Shown: positions 25,136 to 37,356, counted from the first letter of the whole stretch. The stretch: 63,162 bases of DNA, filler included, from Octopus bimaculoides (GCF_001194135.2; 6 parts of 6 records of this genome joined end to end with filler, not necessarily neighbours in it), one strand, 5' to 3'. Notes: generated by a model from the sequence alone, not told the origin. Translations and numbers: made by a program.

Positions 25136-25460
25136 TCATCATCATCATTATCATTGTTTAATGCCCGCTTTCCATGCTGGCATGGGTTGGACGGTTTGAC
25201 AGGAGCCGGCCAGGTAGAAGACTAGGCTACTGTGTCTGTTTTGGCATGGTTTTTACAACTGGATGTCCTTCCTAACACCAAACACACCTCAGAGTGGACT
25301 GAGTGCTTTTTATGTGGCACTAGCACAGGTAATGTCAGTTTTGGCATGGTTTTTATAGCTGGATGCCCTTCCAAATACCAACCACTTTACAGTGTGGACT
25401 GGATGCTTTTTATGTGACACCAGCATTGGCAGGGTCACTAAGTAACTTGCAAGATAAGGA
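25136..25460 (-). mobile_element. RTE-tail-type repeat (3' end), inverted relative to 27725-28090
   Basis: Reverse complement reads ggaagggcatccagctataaaaacc (twice)...acccatgccagcatggaaagcgggcattaaacaatgataatgatgatgat. Confidence 0.85.
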
Positions 25461-25491
25461 ATTTTGAGGAGAGGGGTAATTGGAGGAAGTA

Positions 25492-25558
25492 ATTAATTCA
25501 AAACAATGTAAATAAATAAGCATCACACTTGGTAGTCATCTGAATGCTAAAGGGTTAA
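25492..25558 (+). mobile_element. Right end of a piggyBac-type MITE
   Basis: Ends tgaatgctaaaGGG-TTAA. The same sequence ends the longer copy at 30158-30365. Confidence 0.6.
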
Positions 25559-25766
25559 ACATTCCATTTTTCACATGCTTGTATTGTTTAGGTGGGTCTT
25601 CTCCAACACAGTCTCTCACCACTTGTTGCAGTCATGTCATTAGTTTCATGGGGTTCAACATCTTGCAACTCAGTTTCTGCCTATGTCTTTCTCTTCCACA
25701 GATTCTTTCCACTTGGATTGCTTGGTATTTGATTAACCCAACTGTCATCCTTTATAGGCATCATAT

Positions 25767-28090
25767 GATGAATTTAGTGTTCAGGTAGGGGTTCACCAGG
25801 CCTCAGTTCTCAGCCCACGCTTATTCATTATAGTCTTCCAGGCCATAACAGAGGACTTCAAAACTGGGTGCCTGTGGGAACTGCTATATGTGGATGACCT
25901 TGCTCTTATTGCAGAATCTTTAGCAGAATTGGAGAAGAAATTCCAGGTATGGAAACAAAACCTGGAATGAAAGGGCCTTAATGTTAACCTAGCTAAGACA
26001 AAAGTTGTTGTTAGTAACAAAGAATATAAAACTCTCTTTCCATCAGGTAAATGGCCCTGCTCTATATGTAGGAAAGGAGTTGGAAGAAATTCCATTCACT
26101 GCACCCAGTGTAAACTATGGATACATGAGAGGTGCAGTGGAATCACAGGTAGGTTAACAGATAAAATCATCTTTGTATGTGGCAGATGTGCAGGAACAAT
26201 AAGCACTAAGTGCATGCAGGAATTAGATTCTCTCAAATTCCTAAGAGGCTCTCTTGAGGTTGTAGATAGTTTCTGTTACATAGGTGACCAAATTAGTAAT
26301 GGTAGAGGATACTCTGAAAGTATTGTTTCTAGAATAAGAATTGGGTGGAGGAAGTCCAGAGAGCTATTACTTCTGTTGGCAGCAAAAGGACTCTCTCTCA
26401 GAGTGAAAGGTAGACTATATGATGCTTGTGTGTGAATGGCTATACTCCATGGCAGTGAAACATGGGCTCTGAATGCAGAAGACATGCGTAGACTAGAGAG
26501 AAATGAAGGCAGTATGCTCTGTTGGATGTGCAACATCAGTGCACATGTATGGCAAAGTGCAAATGTATTAAGAGAAAAGTTGGGTATAAGAGGAATCAAA
26601 TATAACATGCAAGAGAGAAGACTACATTGGTTTGGACATGTGATGCATATGAATGAGGACAGGTGCATAAAGAAGTGCTGATCACTGAAAGTGGATGGTA
26701 CCCGTGGAAGAGGGAGACCCAGGAAGATGTGGGATGAAGTGGTAAGGACTGATCTCAGGATGTTGGGCTTCATGGAGGAAATGACAATGGACCAAGATGT
26801 CTGGTGATATGAAGTTCTTGAGAAGACCCACACATGTCAGCGAAACTGAGTTCTAGAAGCGTTGTGTGTCCCACCCACACTTAAGAAAGCTTCTCACATA
26901 ACAAACCAATCTACATCTCTATATCTCTTCTCTTCCTCACATTTCTGCTTCATACACTATGCTTACCTCCCACTCCCCAATCCGGACCTCTTGGCCCTGT
27001 GCCACTGTATCATTACTCTCCACTTGCCCCTGACATGTGTGTTCTACCTACACACCCTGTCTCACTGTATTATTGCTATCTGCTAGCCCCCGACCCGTGT
27101 GTTCCACCCACATGTAACAAGAAAACTTTTTACTCACCCTACCCCAACAAACCAATCTACATCTCCACATCTCTTTCTCACACTTCCTCCTTAATACACT
27201 ATGTCAAGCTCTCACTCCCCAATCCTGTCCTTACGGCCCTGTTCCTCTGTATCATTGCTATCCGGTAGCCCCCTCGACTCTATATATACTCAGGTTTTTT
27301 GCCACTTACTTGCACTCATTAATCACACTTCCTTCACAATATCATGCCACTTATATTATGGCGTTTGAACCTCAAGGGTATGCCCTGGCACTTGCCATCA
27401 TCTATATCTTTCTCTTCCTTTACTCAATCATCCCATTTATATTCTGATCCCTGTTCCTTGTGAGTATGCCCAGCGTTTTACCACCATCTCTATCCTACTG
27501 TCTCCCACTCTCTCCTTCTCCTGCACTTCATTCAGGTTAGGTAACTGCGTATTTCCTTTGTGGTAGTGCACCTGTTTCTGTCTTCATTCTTGATCTCTCT
27601 CTCTCTCTCTCTCTCTGGCTGGGTAACTTTGTACTTCCTCTACAGCAAGACACCTGTTTCTGCTTCACTATAACCTTTCATCATCCAACACAAGATCACC
27701 TCCCCTCTTGAAAGATTTTTGTTTTATGTCTTGAAAGTACTAGGTGACCCTGTCAGTGTAGGTACCACTTAAAAACACCCAATCCACACTGTAAAGTGGT
27801 TGGTGTTTGGAAGGGCATCCAGCTGTAAAAACCTTGCCAAAACCGACCTTGCCTGTGCTTGTGCCATGTAAAAAGCACTACTGACCTCACCTGTGCTTAT
27901 GCCATGTAAAAAACACTAAGTCCACTCTGCTGAGTGGTTGGTGTTAGGAAGGGCATCCAGCTGTAAAAATATTGCCAAAACAGTCACAGAAATCTGGTGC
28001 AGGCTTCTGCCTGGCTGGCTCTTGTGAAACCGTCCCACCCATGCCAGCATGGAAGGCGGATGTTAAACGATGATCATGATGATGATGATG
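25767..28090 (+). mobile_element. 5'-truncated RTE-clade LINE (RT C-terminal half with PHD finger, long 3' UTR, (GAT)n tail)
   Basis: GVHQASVLSPRLF...LLYVDDLALIAES...NLAKTKV, then a C4HC3 finger, then EVVDSFCYIGD...LHGSETWAL...RRLHWFGHVM...GRGRPRKMWDEVV. It has several in-frame stops and ends in an acccatgccagcatgg...gatgatgatg tail. Confidence 0.92.
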
Positions 28091-28844
28091 TCCATAACAA
28101 CTCAATCTTCTCTGCAGCTCATTGGATCTGATTCTTCTTATATCTCATTCTCCCTCATTTCTTCATTTGAGCTTTGTTGTTCATACACACAAACGTTATA
28201 TGCCCAGCAGATAATGCATGCTGCATTTTTCTCCAGCTTTCACATGTTTTTCACACCCTTTGACTGTGTTTTGCTACCATGTAACATTGCACTTTGTACA
28301 CAAACCTTGTACAATCAACCTTTCACTTATTAAGAGAATTCTTTTATTGCCAGCAGAAATCATAGCTCCTTGAACTGTTCTACTCAAGTCTTTCTCTGGC
28401 TATTACTGTATTTTTGAAACATTCTCCAACACTGCTAAATTGATCATCTAAATGAGTGTTTCCCTACCTCTAGGCCCTTCTATAGCTTTCCAGAAAAATG
28501 TATGCTCCACCAGTGGTTGAAAAAAGAACAAACAGCAACTTTATTTTTGATATTTTTACATGATTATTTAATACAAAAGAATCTACTGGTAACTCTTTTA
28601 TTAAGTATTGAGTACAAAAAAGTACATTATTGACTAAGAAAAAAAAGTGGATCACTTTAATGAGCACTTTGTACCTGGTGACTACAGAACCATGCCTCAC
28701 CACAATTTTCCCACAATTTCCCCAAACATGGGGTGTATGCCCCATGTTAGGAATCACTGATATAGATAATAGATGCTATCATTTACTTCTATGGAGTTGT
28801 CTGAGCATTTGAAAGAAACATATTATCTTTATCTTTTACAGGTT

Positions 28845-29230
28845 TCAATCATTAGACTGCAGCCATGCTGTGGCACCACCTTGAAGAGTTTAGTCAAACA
28901 AATCGACCCCAGTACTTATTTCCCTTTTGTAAGGCTGTTACTTATCCTGTCAGTCTCTTCTTCCATCCAGCTAAGTTGCAGGAACATAAACAAACCAATA
29001 CCAGTTGTCAAGTAATGAAGATGATAGACAGTGACACAAAGACACTACACCCACATAAGATAAATATATATGTATATACAACGAGCTTCCATACAATTTC
29101 TGTGCACCAAATTAACTAACAAGGTATTGGTTAGTAGAAGACACTTGCCCAAAATGCCATGCAGTGGAACTGAACTCAAAACCTCATGGCTGCAAAGCAA
29201 GCTTCTTAACAGTACAGCCATGCATGTGCC
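28845..29230 (-). mobile_element. tRNA-derived SINE (second family), near full length
   Basis: The reverse complement of 29130-29230 is a tRNA-like head (ggctgtactgttaagaagcttgc...gagttcagttcc); the 3' body matches 15125-15340. Confidence 0.75.
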
Positions 29231-29419
29231 TATATTGATAGTTATTACTTCACATCTACATATAAAGTCTTTCTATTATTAGCCTATTTGTAATCTCACT
29301 GTATTTCTTGTGCACCTGTAGTTTACACTGACTATTCTGTACAGCATTCATCATCATCATCGTCATTTAATATCCGCTTTCCATGCATACATATTGAGTA
29401 CAGACACTTCTCAAACAGC

Positions 29420-29556
29420 TATGAAGTCCTGTTTACTTTTGTCTTTGCTAGATTTACTTTAAGATCCTTCAATACTTGGTTTTGCTTCCACATTTGGAAA
29501 TTATACTCTAATTCTTTGACAGATTCATTGAAGAGAACTAGGGTACCAGCATACAG
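29420..29556 (-). mobile_element. Short RTE RT fragment
   Basis: LYAGTLVLFNESVKELEYNFQMWKQNQVLKDLKVNLAKTKV aligns with LYVDDLALIAESLAELEKKFQVWKQNLE*KGLNVNLAKTKV at about 25880-26010. Confidence 0.8.
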
Positions 29557-29702
29557 AAAGTCCCATGTACAGTTAGTAAAAAGACAAAATAAATGAAGAT
29601 GTGGTTTTTACAAGCTATAGTACAGGTAATCTGTCTGGAGAATAGGTAAATCTTAAAAAAATTTTTAAAAAACAAGTATATTAACTTATATCATTTTAAG
29701 TG

Positions 29703-30131
29703 GTAAGCTTGTATTCATATGTGAAGTATATTTGCCACTTAAATGCGGCTAACCCCTAAGGGTGAATGCTACTGTAGCTTATAGCCCCAGGAGAACATCT
29801 CCTCCAGCCGGTTATTGACACACTTTCTGTGCCCTTTTGGTCACTGCAAAAAGGATATATGTATTTGCATTGGGAGCCCTTCACATCGAAGATCAGTGAT
29901 TGTTGTATGCTGACGAAGGGTAAATACCCAGAAACCTGGGTCCATGTGTATCACATCAGATCGACGATAGGAAGGATGACTTCCCTTTGCAAATACCGAC
30001 AGGGCACAGAAAGTGTGTCAATAGCCTGCTGGAGGAGATGTTCTCCTGGGGCTGCAAGCTACAGTAGCATTCACTCTTAGTGGTTAGCTGCATTTAAGTG
30101 GCAAATATACTTCACGTTGTCGTGCAGCTAC
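29703..30131 (+). mobile_element. Foldback element with long inverted arms and an apical hammerhead (copy 1)
   Basis: 29721-29835 versus the reverse complement of 30001-30115: 115 nt with 7 mismatches. The interior also pairs (gtatttgcattgggag / cttccctttgcaaatac). Confidence 0.85.
29904..29948 (+). ncRNA. Minimal type I hammerhead ribozyme, catalytic core intact
   Basis: TGTATG-CTGACGA-A-GGGT[AAAT]ACCC-A-GAA-ACCTGGGT-C-CATGTG. Predicted cleavage after GUC (C29942). Stem III is self-complementary as a dimer. Confidence 0.75.
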
Positions 30132-30157
30132 TGTTTATACCTCGTTCAGAGATTTAT

Positions 30158-30365
30158 TATAGCATTTAAACCAGCCATATCCTACCTTTTTTACATTTAA
30201 ACTGGCCAAACTTAGCCTCTCACACCTCTCCTACAACATCATTTTAAAACTAAATGCTCACATCCTTGAAATCTTATAGGTACAAGATAATGCATTGTTA
30301 ATTCAAAACAATGTGAATAAATAAGCACCACATTTGACAAAGTAATCTGAATGCTAAAAGGTGAA
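30158..30365 (+). mobile_element. piggyBac-type MITE, degenerate
   Basis: Starts tagcatttaaa and ends tctgaatgctaaaaggtgaa (inverted termini). Its 3' 70 nt match 25492-25558. Confidence 0.55.
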
Positions 30366-31190
30366 TGGCAGCAGCATTAAAAAAGGTAGCTAGAAAGGAA
30401 TGTGGTGAGAAAAATAATGAAGACCGTTGCTAATTTCCTCCAATTCTGTTTCATTTGATTTTATATAGTGTATATAAGATAAGTCAGCCCTGTGGAATCC
30501 ACTTTACTCAATGCTACACACACACATGAAGAGCTGAGCTCAGTGTTGCAAGGTAATGAAACACTTGTCAGGGTTATACTAGGTATCTGCTTACATTACA
30601 ATAAGATTAACCCTGTTCACAACACAGTGCTAGTGACACAATACAATCTGCCAACTTCCTTATTTGGTCATCTACATTCATAGTGTAAATCAAAAGTTTG
30701 CAGATTTTATTGAGAATAATGGAAACCAGCACTACTTAATTGTTTTAAAACATTGTGCTGTAAGAATGAAGTATCTTAAGCAGGACTTCCTAATTCTGGA
30801 TTTTAATTTCACATGAATGCTAACCTTGTATTTTGAATCCATCCTAGGTTGATACAGTCTGTACTCATCATCATCATCATCATCATCGTTTAACGTCCAC
30901 CTTCCACGCTAGCATGGGTTGGACTAAAGACATATTTTCAGTATGAACTAATAATAAATATTTGCACTTTTCATTAACCTAGGACATTATCTTTCCAACA
31001 TACAACATTTATTTTAAAAACTATGAGGTTTAGAAAATGTTGTTTTAGTATTAATGTTAAACACTGATCAATAACATATTGGTATTTAGTTAATTAATTA
31101 TGCACTTTCTCCTTGTCATAACAAAAAGTTTGACTGATTTATGCTTTCAAAATAATTCATAATTTAGTGATGTAAATGAGATATTTTTAC

Positions 31191-31287
31191 ATTCACAGGA
31201 GAGGAAAATCTCAGATTTTCCTCTCCTGTGAATTTACATTCTAAGATTCTCTGATTTACATTCTCAGATTCACAGGAGAGGAAAATC
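31191..31287. repeat. Perfect 21-bp inverted repeat with a 1-nt spacer plus a third direct copy
   Basis: attcacaggagaggaaaatct-c-agattttcctctcctgtgaat (31191-31233); attcacaggagaggaaaatc again at 31268-31287. Confidence 0.95.
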
Positions 31288-32291
31288 AGAATCAGTGGCA
31301 TTCATGCTCTTCTATATATTAAAGATTTAATAAAAGGAAAATAACACCGAACTCCTTAAAATTATGAATTTCTAGTGCGCAGCTTTTGTATAGTGCCTCA
31401 TATTTTGCAATATTCATACATTTCTTAAGAGCATTAGCAATGTCAAGTAAAAGAACATATTAATAACTGCTAATGATTACCATTGGCAGAAACATAATGC
31501 AATGACTTTTTGGATTTGTTTTGCTTTAAGAAATGGACTTAGTAGTTAACTACTTTCTTAATTTTGTTTCTTATACAGAAATATTTAGTCTAAAAGCAGA
31601 AAATTTATCAAGCAGAATTGTTGGCACTATCTTATCAAATTTCAAACTTTTCTTTTCCTGTCTTGAGTAATATTTTTAGATAATTTAATGATACACTGCA
31701 GATGAGATATATATAAATGACAAATTGCTACTGTAGTCTGCAAAAACATTGAATGTTTCTAATTTTGATGGATATTAATATTTCTACTGATCATACTTTA
31801 ATTTTTTTATAGTTGAGGAAAGAAAAAAAAAATTCAGGAAATAATTGGAAGTTGTTGCATTTTGCTTCTTGTTTTGAAGTGAGGCAGGTCGTAAGGTGTC
31901 AGTTTGAATACTGTGAAATTGAAATGATATGTATATGTGGGTGCATGTTATTAAAAGTGTGATTGATTGTATGTGAATGTGTACATATGTGTGCAACAGC
32001 TAGCATGTGAACAAAAATGTCATTTGTTACAGGGTTCCAACAAACAAGTTTTCTATTTGCTTCATTTCTGACAGTAAGAATGACTGTAATTTGATGCAGA
32101 ACAACTATATCAATGGCTTAGTTTGTAATAACTATTTATTATTTTTTTTTTCCTAGTGTTTATGTCCTTTGCTAGTATACATTGGTGAATGACACACACA
32201 CACATGGCACCATGGGCAAGTGTTATCAACTACAGCCCCAGGCTGACCAATGCTTTCTGACTGAAATTGATCAATAGAAAATTTAGAAAGC

Positions 32292-32331
<40 letters not shown>

Positions 32332-32431
32332 NNNNNNNNNNNNNNNNNNNNNNNNNNNNNNNNNNNNNNNNNNNNTTAATTAATTAANNNNNNNNNNNNN
32401 NNNNNNNNNNNNNNNNNNNNNNNNNNNNNNN

Positions 32432-32838
32432 GTAAGTCACGTCTGGTATGGCTAGAGCATTGATCGCTTCGATCCTGTTTCTCGCGTTCAGCTCTGTCTT
32501 CAGTATTGCTCTCACCCTGCGATAACATTCTCTTCTGATCCTTTCCCTCATCACTGAGTGCTTGATATTGTCTCCTTCAATTACCCCTAGGTATTTGTAG
32601 CTCTCCGCTGGTTCTAACTCTTTTATGACATTTTGCTGGTCAAGGTTCACATTAGATGTATTTGTCATTTTTCCTTTGATAAAGGTAGCTTTCGCACATT
32701 TATCAAGGCCAAATTGCATTCTGATGTCATCACTGAATTGTTTAACAATCGCTAGTAGGCCTTTGAGTTGTTGGTCATTTTTTGCAAAGAGCTTAAATCA
32801 TCCATGTAAATGAGATGATTTATATTTTTATCAAATAT
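32432..32838 (-). mobile_element. R4/Dong-clade non-LTR retrotransposon RT fragment
   Basis: NHLIYMDDL/(1-bp frameshift)LFAKNDQQLKGLLAIVKQFSDDIRMQFGLDKCAK...YKYLG...ELNARNRIEAINALAIP. The FGLDKCA and ELNxxNxIxAIN motifs are typical of R4/Dong. Confidence 0.8.
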
Positions 32839-35800
32839 TTTTATTATTATTATTGTTATTATTATTATTATTATTGTTGTTGTTGTTGTTGTTGCTTTTT
32901 GTTTTTGCGCTTTCAACCTTTGATATTTAGATGCAAATTATGACTATAAAGTCATTCGGATAAAAGTAAGGAACATATTTTCTAAATAACATATTTACCA
33001 ATGATAAATGATCAATACCCATTTCCATACATTTATCATACTTGAATATATATGATTAATCTTCTCTGATATGTTTCAAATAACTAAGTTTAGTACAATC
33101 CAGGTGTATTTATCATTTTCGTTGTTGGCTATTTAAATCCATCAATTTTTAATAGTCGCTACGGAAATAAACATCGCAAGCAATTTTGTAAAACGTAAAA
33201 GCAATATTGAAATTTACGAATGTCACACTTAATGACCATATGTTGACATTGTTGAGTTGTAAAACTAAGAATAAACTTATTCTATCAGAACATTGACACT
33301 TTCGAGATAAATTCTTGTGTGTCTAGACGAACACCTAAAACCACTTCTTTGGCACCAAAAGATACCTCTAAATGCTACGCTTTCCGGTCCCTGAGTCATT
33401 AGATGTTCGTGCATGCAAACTGTAGAAAATTTAACTTCTGGAAAACTACCTTCTGGAAAATCCATATCATACGCTCATCTATGTAAAAGCAAACCGAAAG
33501 TGAAAATAGACAGAAACTGTAAATTATTTAAAATGATTGCAATGCTACTCCTCTTTACTCATTTTACTTTAGTTTCCGTACAAAATATAAAATATCAGGA
33601 AATTTTTAGTGGTCACCCTAAAATTACTCCCATATTTACTTCATAATCTTCCTATAATGCTCGATTTGATGCCGGTTTTTAACATTAGATTGCCAATATT
33701 TAGGTGTTTTAAGAAGTTTTAACTGCAAACGTTTTGTATACTAACAGAAGTTTACACGAATTTAGTCTTGTTTTATTTATTTATATTTATCCGAATCACT
33801 TTCTAACACTTTACTTTTGGAGTGGTTTTCAAAAATAATTTATTCGTATAGAGATTATTCTTATGGATTCTTCTTATGGATTCGTCTTATAGAGATCATT
33901 TAATTAACGGTGTACAAAATTCCCATTTGAAATTAAGAGTGATGTGAATATTAATGAGAGTATACATATCTTCTATGCAACGACTTTGCAAATTATTATG
34001 TATAAGGTGAAAACTACGTGTTCATAGAGAGTAAATTTACTCGATGCTCAAATATTTTCTCCGTTTATTGTTCATATATTATTTAATCCTAAATCTAATG
34101 TGATGCTAAAAATGGCACCGTTCTTGAGACTACGGATCACGGATCACACTCGATGCAATATAACAATGTGCATGATTGGAATTTTAACACGAACAGCATG
34201 ATCTCTAAATCCAGAAGTTTCTTTATTCTCTCTCTATTTATTTTCTTTTATTCCTTTCCGTTCATGAGCGTAGCCACGAAATGTCAAAAGCGTTATCACT
34301 TCCCCAGCGTCTAACTAATACAAATGCTTGATGTTCATACACATGTCTTCGTCTTTTATTTTTCTGTAAATTTCAACTATATGTTTATATGGTTATGTTC
34401 AAAAACAGCATAGTGAAAATTCTAATGAAAAACTACAATCTTGTACGTCAACGACATTTGAGAAATTTTAAGAAGCATCTGATTTTGCGCAGGATAAAAT
34501 TAATTTGTGAAGCGCTAGTACTGACACGGCTGCTGCTATAAATTATCCTGAGCATTTGACATATAGAATTGATAAAGGGGGCTGTACATGAAAGAATGTG
34601 TGCAATGTTGACGAAATTGAATATTTCTGTAAGCTCATACCGAATGAAACTTTTTTCTCTAAAAGAAATTCAACTTCAAGTAAATCGTCCAAAACATGTC
34701 TGATGTCTCTTCTAGATGGAAATGCCAGTGTGATATGAAATTAAGCCCCTTCAGGTGTATCCTACTGAAAATTTAAGGGCTTTTAATGGTTACACAAAGG
34801 TGAATTTACCTCTGATTAGGCATTCAATAAGAAGGTGTGAATGATTAAGAGCCATTTAGAAAGGTAGCTAGAAATCATTATTTTTCCTAATGTACAAAGG
34901 TACACTCTCGCAGATGAGATTTCCAACAAAATTTTGCTTAGTTCAGATAAGGCAGGTAGCAAGACGGTGAAATCAAACGAGCAGGCTGATTAGGTGAAAG
35001 CTATATATATATCTCACACAATATACATTTTTGCTTTAGCCTATGGATCAATTTGTGGTAGCTAAACTTAAGTCATATTTGCTAAGAAATTTCATATTAC
35101 TAACAAAACCAAATTAATGGGTGGATAAGCGTCTAGCCAGAGCTATGAGGACGAATATCAACCTAATCAATGCTGTGAATAACACTGACACATTTTAGGA
35201 TAAATTGAAACCCTCGATTGTGAATGACATTTAGATAAAATATAGGACTATATCGCTGATTTGAATTTTACAATATTTATTTCATATTTTTAAGTAAAAT
35301 TTTAAAAGATACATTGAATTTGTGGCTATATATATTTCCGCTATATAATATGAATCACCTTTCCATTTTTTGTTGAGTGCATTTTAGTTGTATAATACAA
35401 TTGAAATGCTATGGCGTGTAAGAAGATCTAATGCAATTGTTCAACCTGGAATATTATAAATAATAAGACTTGCTCAGAATGCTGTACAAGTATTTGCAAG
35501 AAGGTTGCCTGTTGACGGACCTGAACTTTATCTTTACAGCAGTAGTGAAAAAGTTTTTTTTCAAAGAGAAAATGTTTTGTCTTCCAGGGAAAATACAAAT
35601 TCACTTTGAATTCTGCACAGGAAATTTTTGTCTGTATTTTCTTAAGAAAATATTAAAATACTTCGGCAGCATTGCACAATGCCTACTTTGATTGCGATAT
35701 TACTTGATATTTCCTCCCATTTATTTCATTTTGCATTCTCTCAGCATTTCTTATTGATTTATTTACTCAAAGTACACCCATATCTAGTCTTACTCCAACG

Positions 35801-36026
35801 TATTGCAGTTGTGGTTCTTAGTACTTTAATTTCTCTGCTTTTGTGTTTCATTACCGAATTTTAATGCGATCCGTTGCTTATTCCGTCATTTTTCTCTTTC
35901 CAGTCGGTTGTCAGTTTCATTGTGAATTCTGTTTCTGTTGTGTGTTGCTTGTGCCTTCATTTTCTATCCTTCTTCATTTATAGATTTCTGTAGTATACTC
36001 CCAAAGATCCCTCCACCCTCTCCCTA

Positions 36027-36079
<53 letters not shown>

Positions 36080-36143
36080 ATATCTATCTATATGTATGTG
36101 CGTGTGCGTGTGAGTGTTTGTGTGTGCGTGTGTGTGTGTGTGT

Positions 36144-36194
<51 letters not shown>

Positions 36195-36195
36195 T
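36027..36195. repeat. (TC)n, (TG)n and (GA)n microsatellites
   Basis: Seen directly. Confidence 0.95.
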
Positions 36196-37261
36196 GTGTG
36201 TATCAACCTATCTATCTCTCAGTAATTTTCGTTTCATTTTTCACTCGCATGGCTTGAAATATTTTGAATCGATGACTTTGTGCACCTTTTAGTGCTCGTT
36301 AATATATATTTTCCCATATCGTTCAGATTTGCACTGTATATATTAGCTTTCTTCTATCTGTATTTCTCTCTCTGATAATGTTTGTCTACCCCCTTATTCG
36401 AAGATTTCACTCCCTTGTGTATCTATACACATCATTTTTTAACATAATCAGGTATTGTTTTTATTTCTCACTATTAACACCATAGCACTTTTAACGCTTT
36501 TCAAGAAATCCGCACGCAGAAAGATACCCACTCACTCAACAGCTTTTAAATGTTGTTTAATCGTAATTATATATTCTGTGCCACTATCTCTCAAACGGGT
36601 ATCATATTTTCAATTCATTTATTTCCTAGTTATTTTCTTCAATTTCCAAATATTGCATCAATGCATCTACTCGATGATTTTCAAAACAACATTTTAACTG
36701 CAATTTTAAAGGAATCTGATGGATACATATAAATATTTGAATAATGAACGATTTATGTCAGTGTCTCATTCTGTTATTGTTACTCTTCAAATTTATACAG
36801 TTATTCTCCTACTACCCTCTCTCGCACTCTTGTATCACAGGTAAAATATAGATCTCAATTTTAATCTGCTTCTCGCTTATAATTGATATGTCTTATTTCA
36901 TCTTATTGTAAAATGTATAGCTACATATATTTTAACATTACAGCTGGACTCTGCACTACAACTAACAAAAAAAACATATCCACAAATAATAATATCGAAC
37001 ATGAATGTGCATTATATTTACAGCTGTAACATATATAAAAAAGAAGGAGCACTCTCAATATTGCAGTTGCATCCTCGTGTTGTTTACTGTAAGTTCACAC
37101 ACGAATGCAATTATATTATGGCGTAACAATAAAAGAATACAATCCTGAAATCCGCAGAAAAATCGGAAGTCAAAGTCCGTATAAACATTCAAAGTATTCA
37201 GAATTCCAGAGAGAACGGAATTCATTGAGGAAAAAATTTAAAAGTAAATAGGTACTTCAGA

Positions 37262-37263
37262 AA

Positions 37264-37356
<93 letters not shown>

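Noticed and set aside
21865-29948. Functional link between the ASCC1 2H phosphoesterase and nearby hammerheads (cyclic-phosphate ends)
   Set aside because: Hammerhead repeats appear scattered throughout the window; proximity carries no information in a large eukaryotic genome.
29950-29962. Antisense hammerhead in foldback copy 1 (CTGATGT on the minus strand)
   Set aside because: A9 is missing and no GAAA follows; no evidence for a viroid-like ribozyme pair.
30470-30552. Possible exon ending CAAG|GTAATG
   Set aside because: Peptide unrecognised and acceptor ambiguous.
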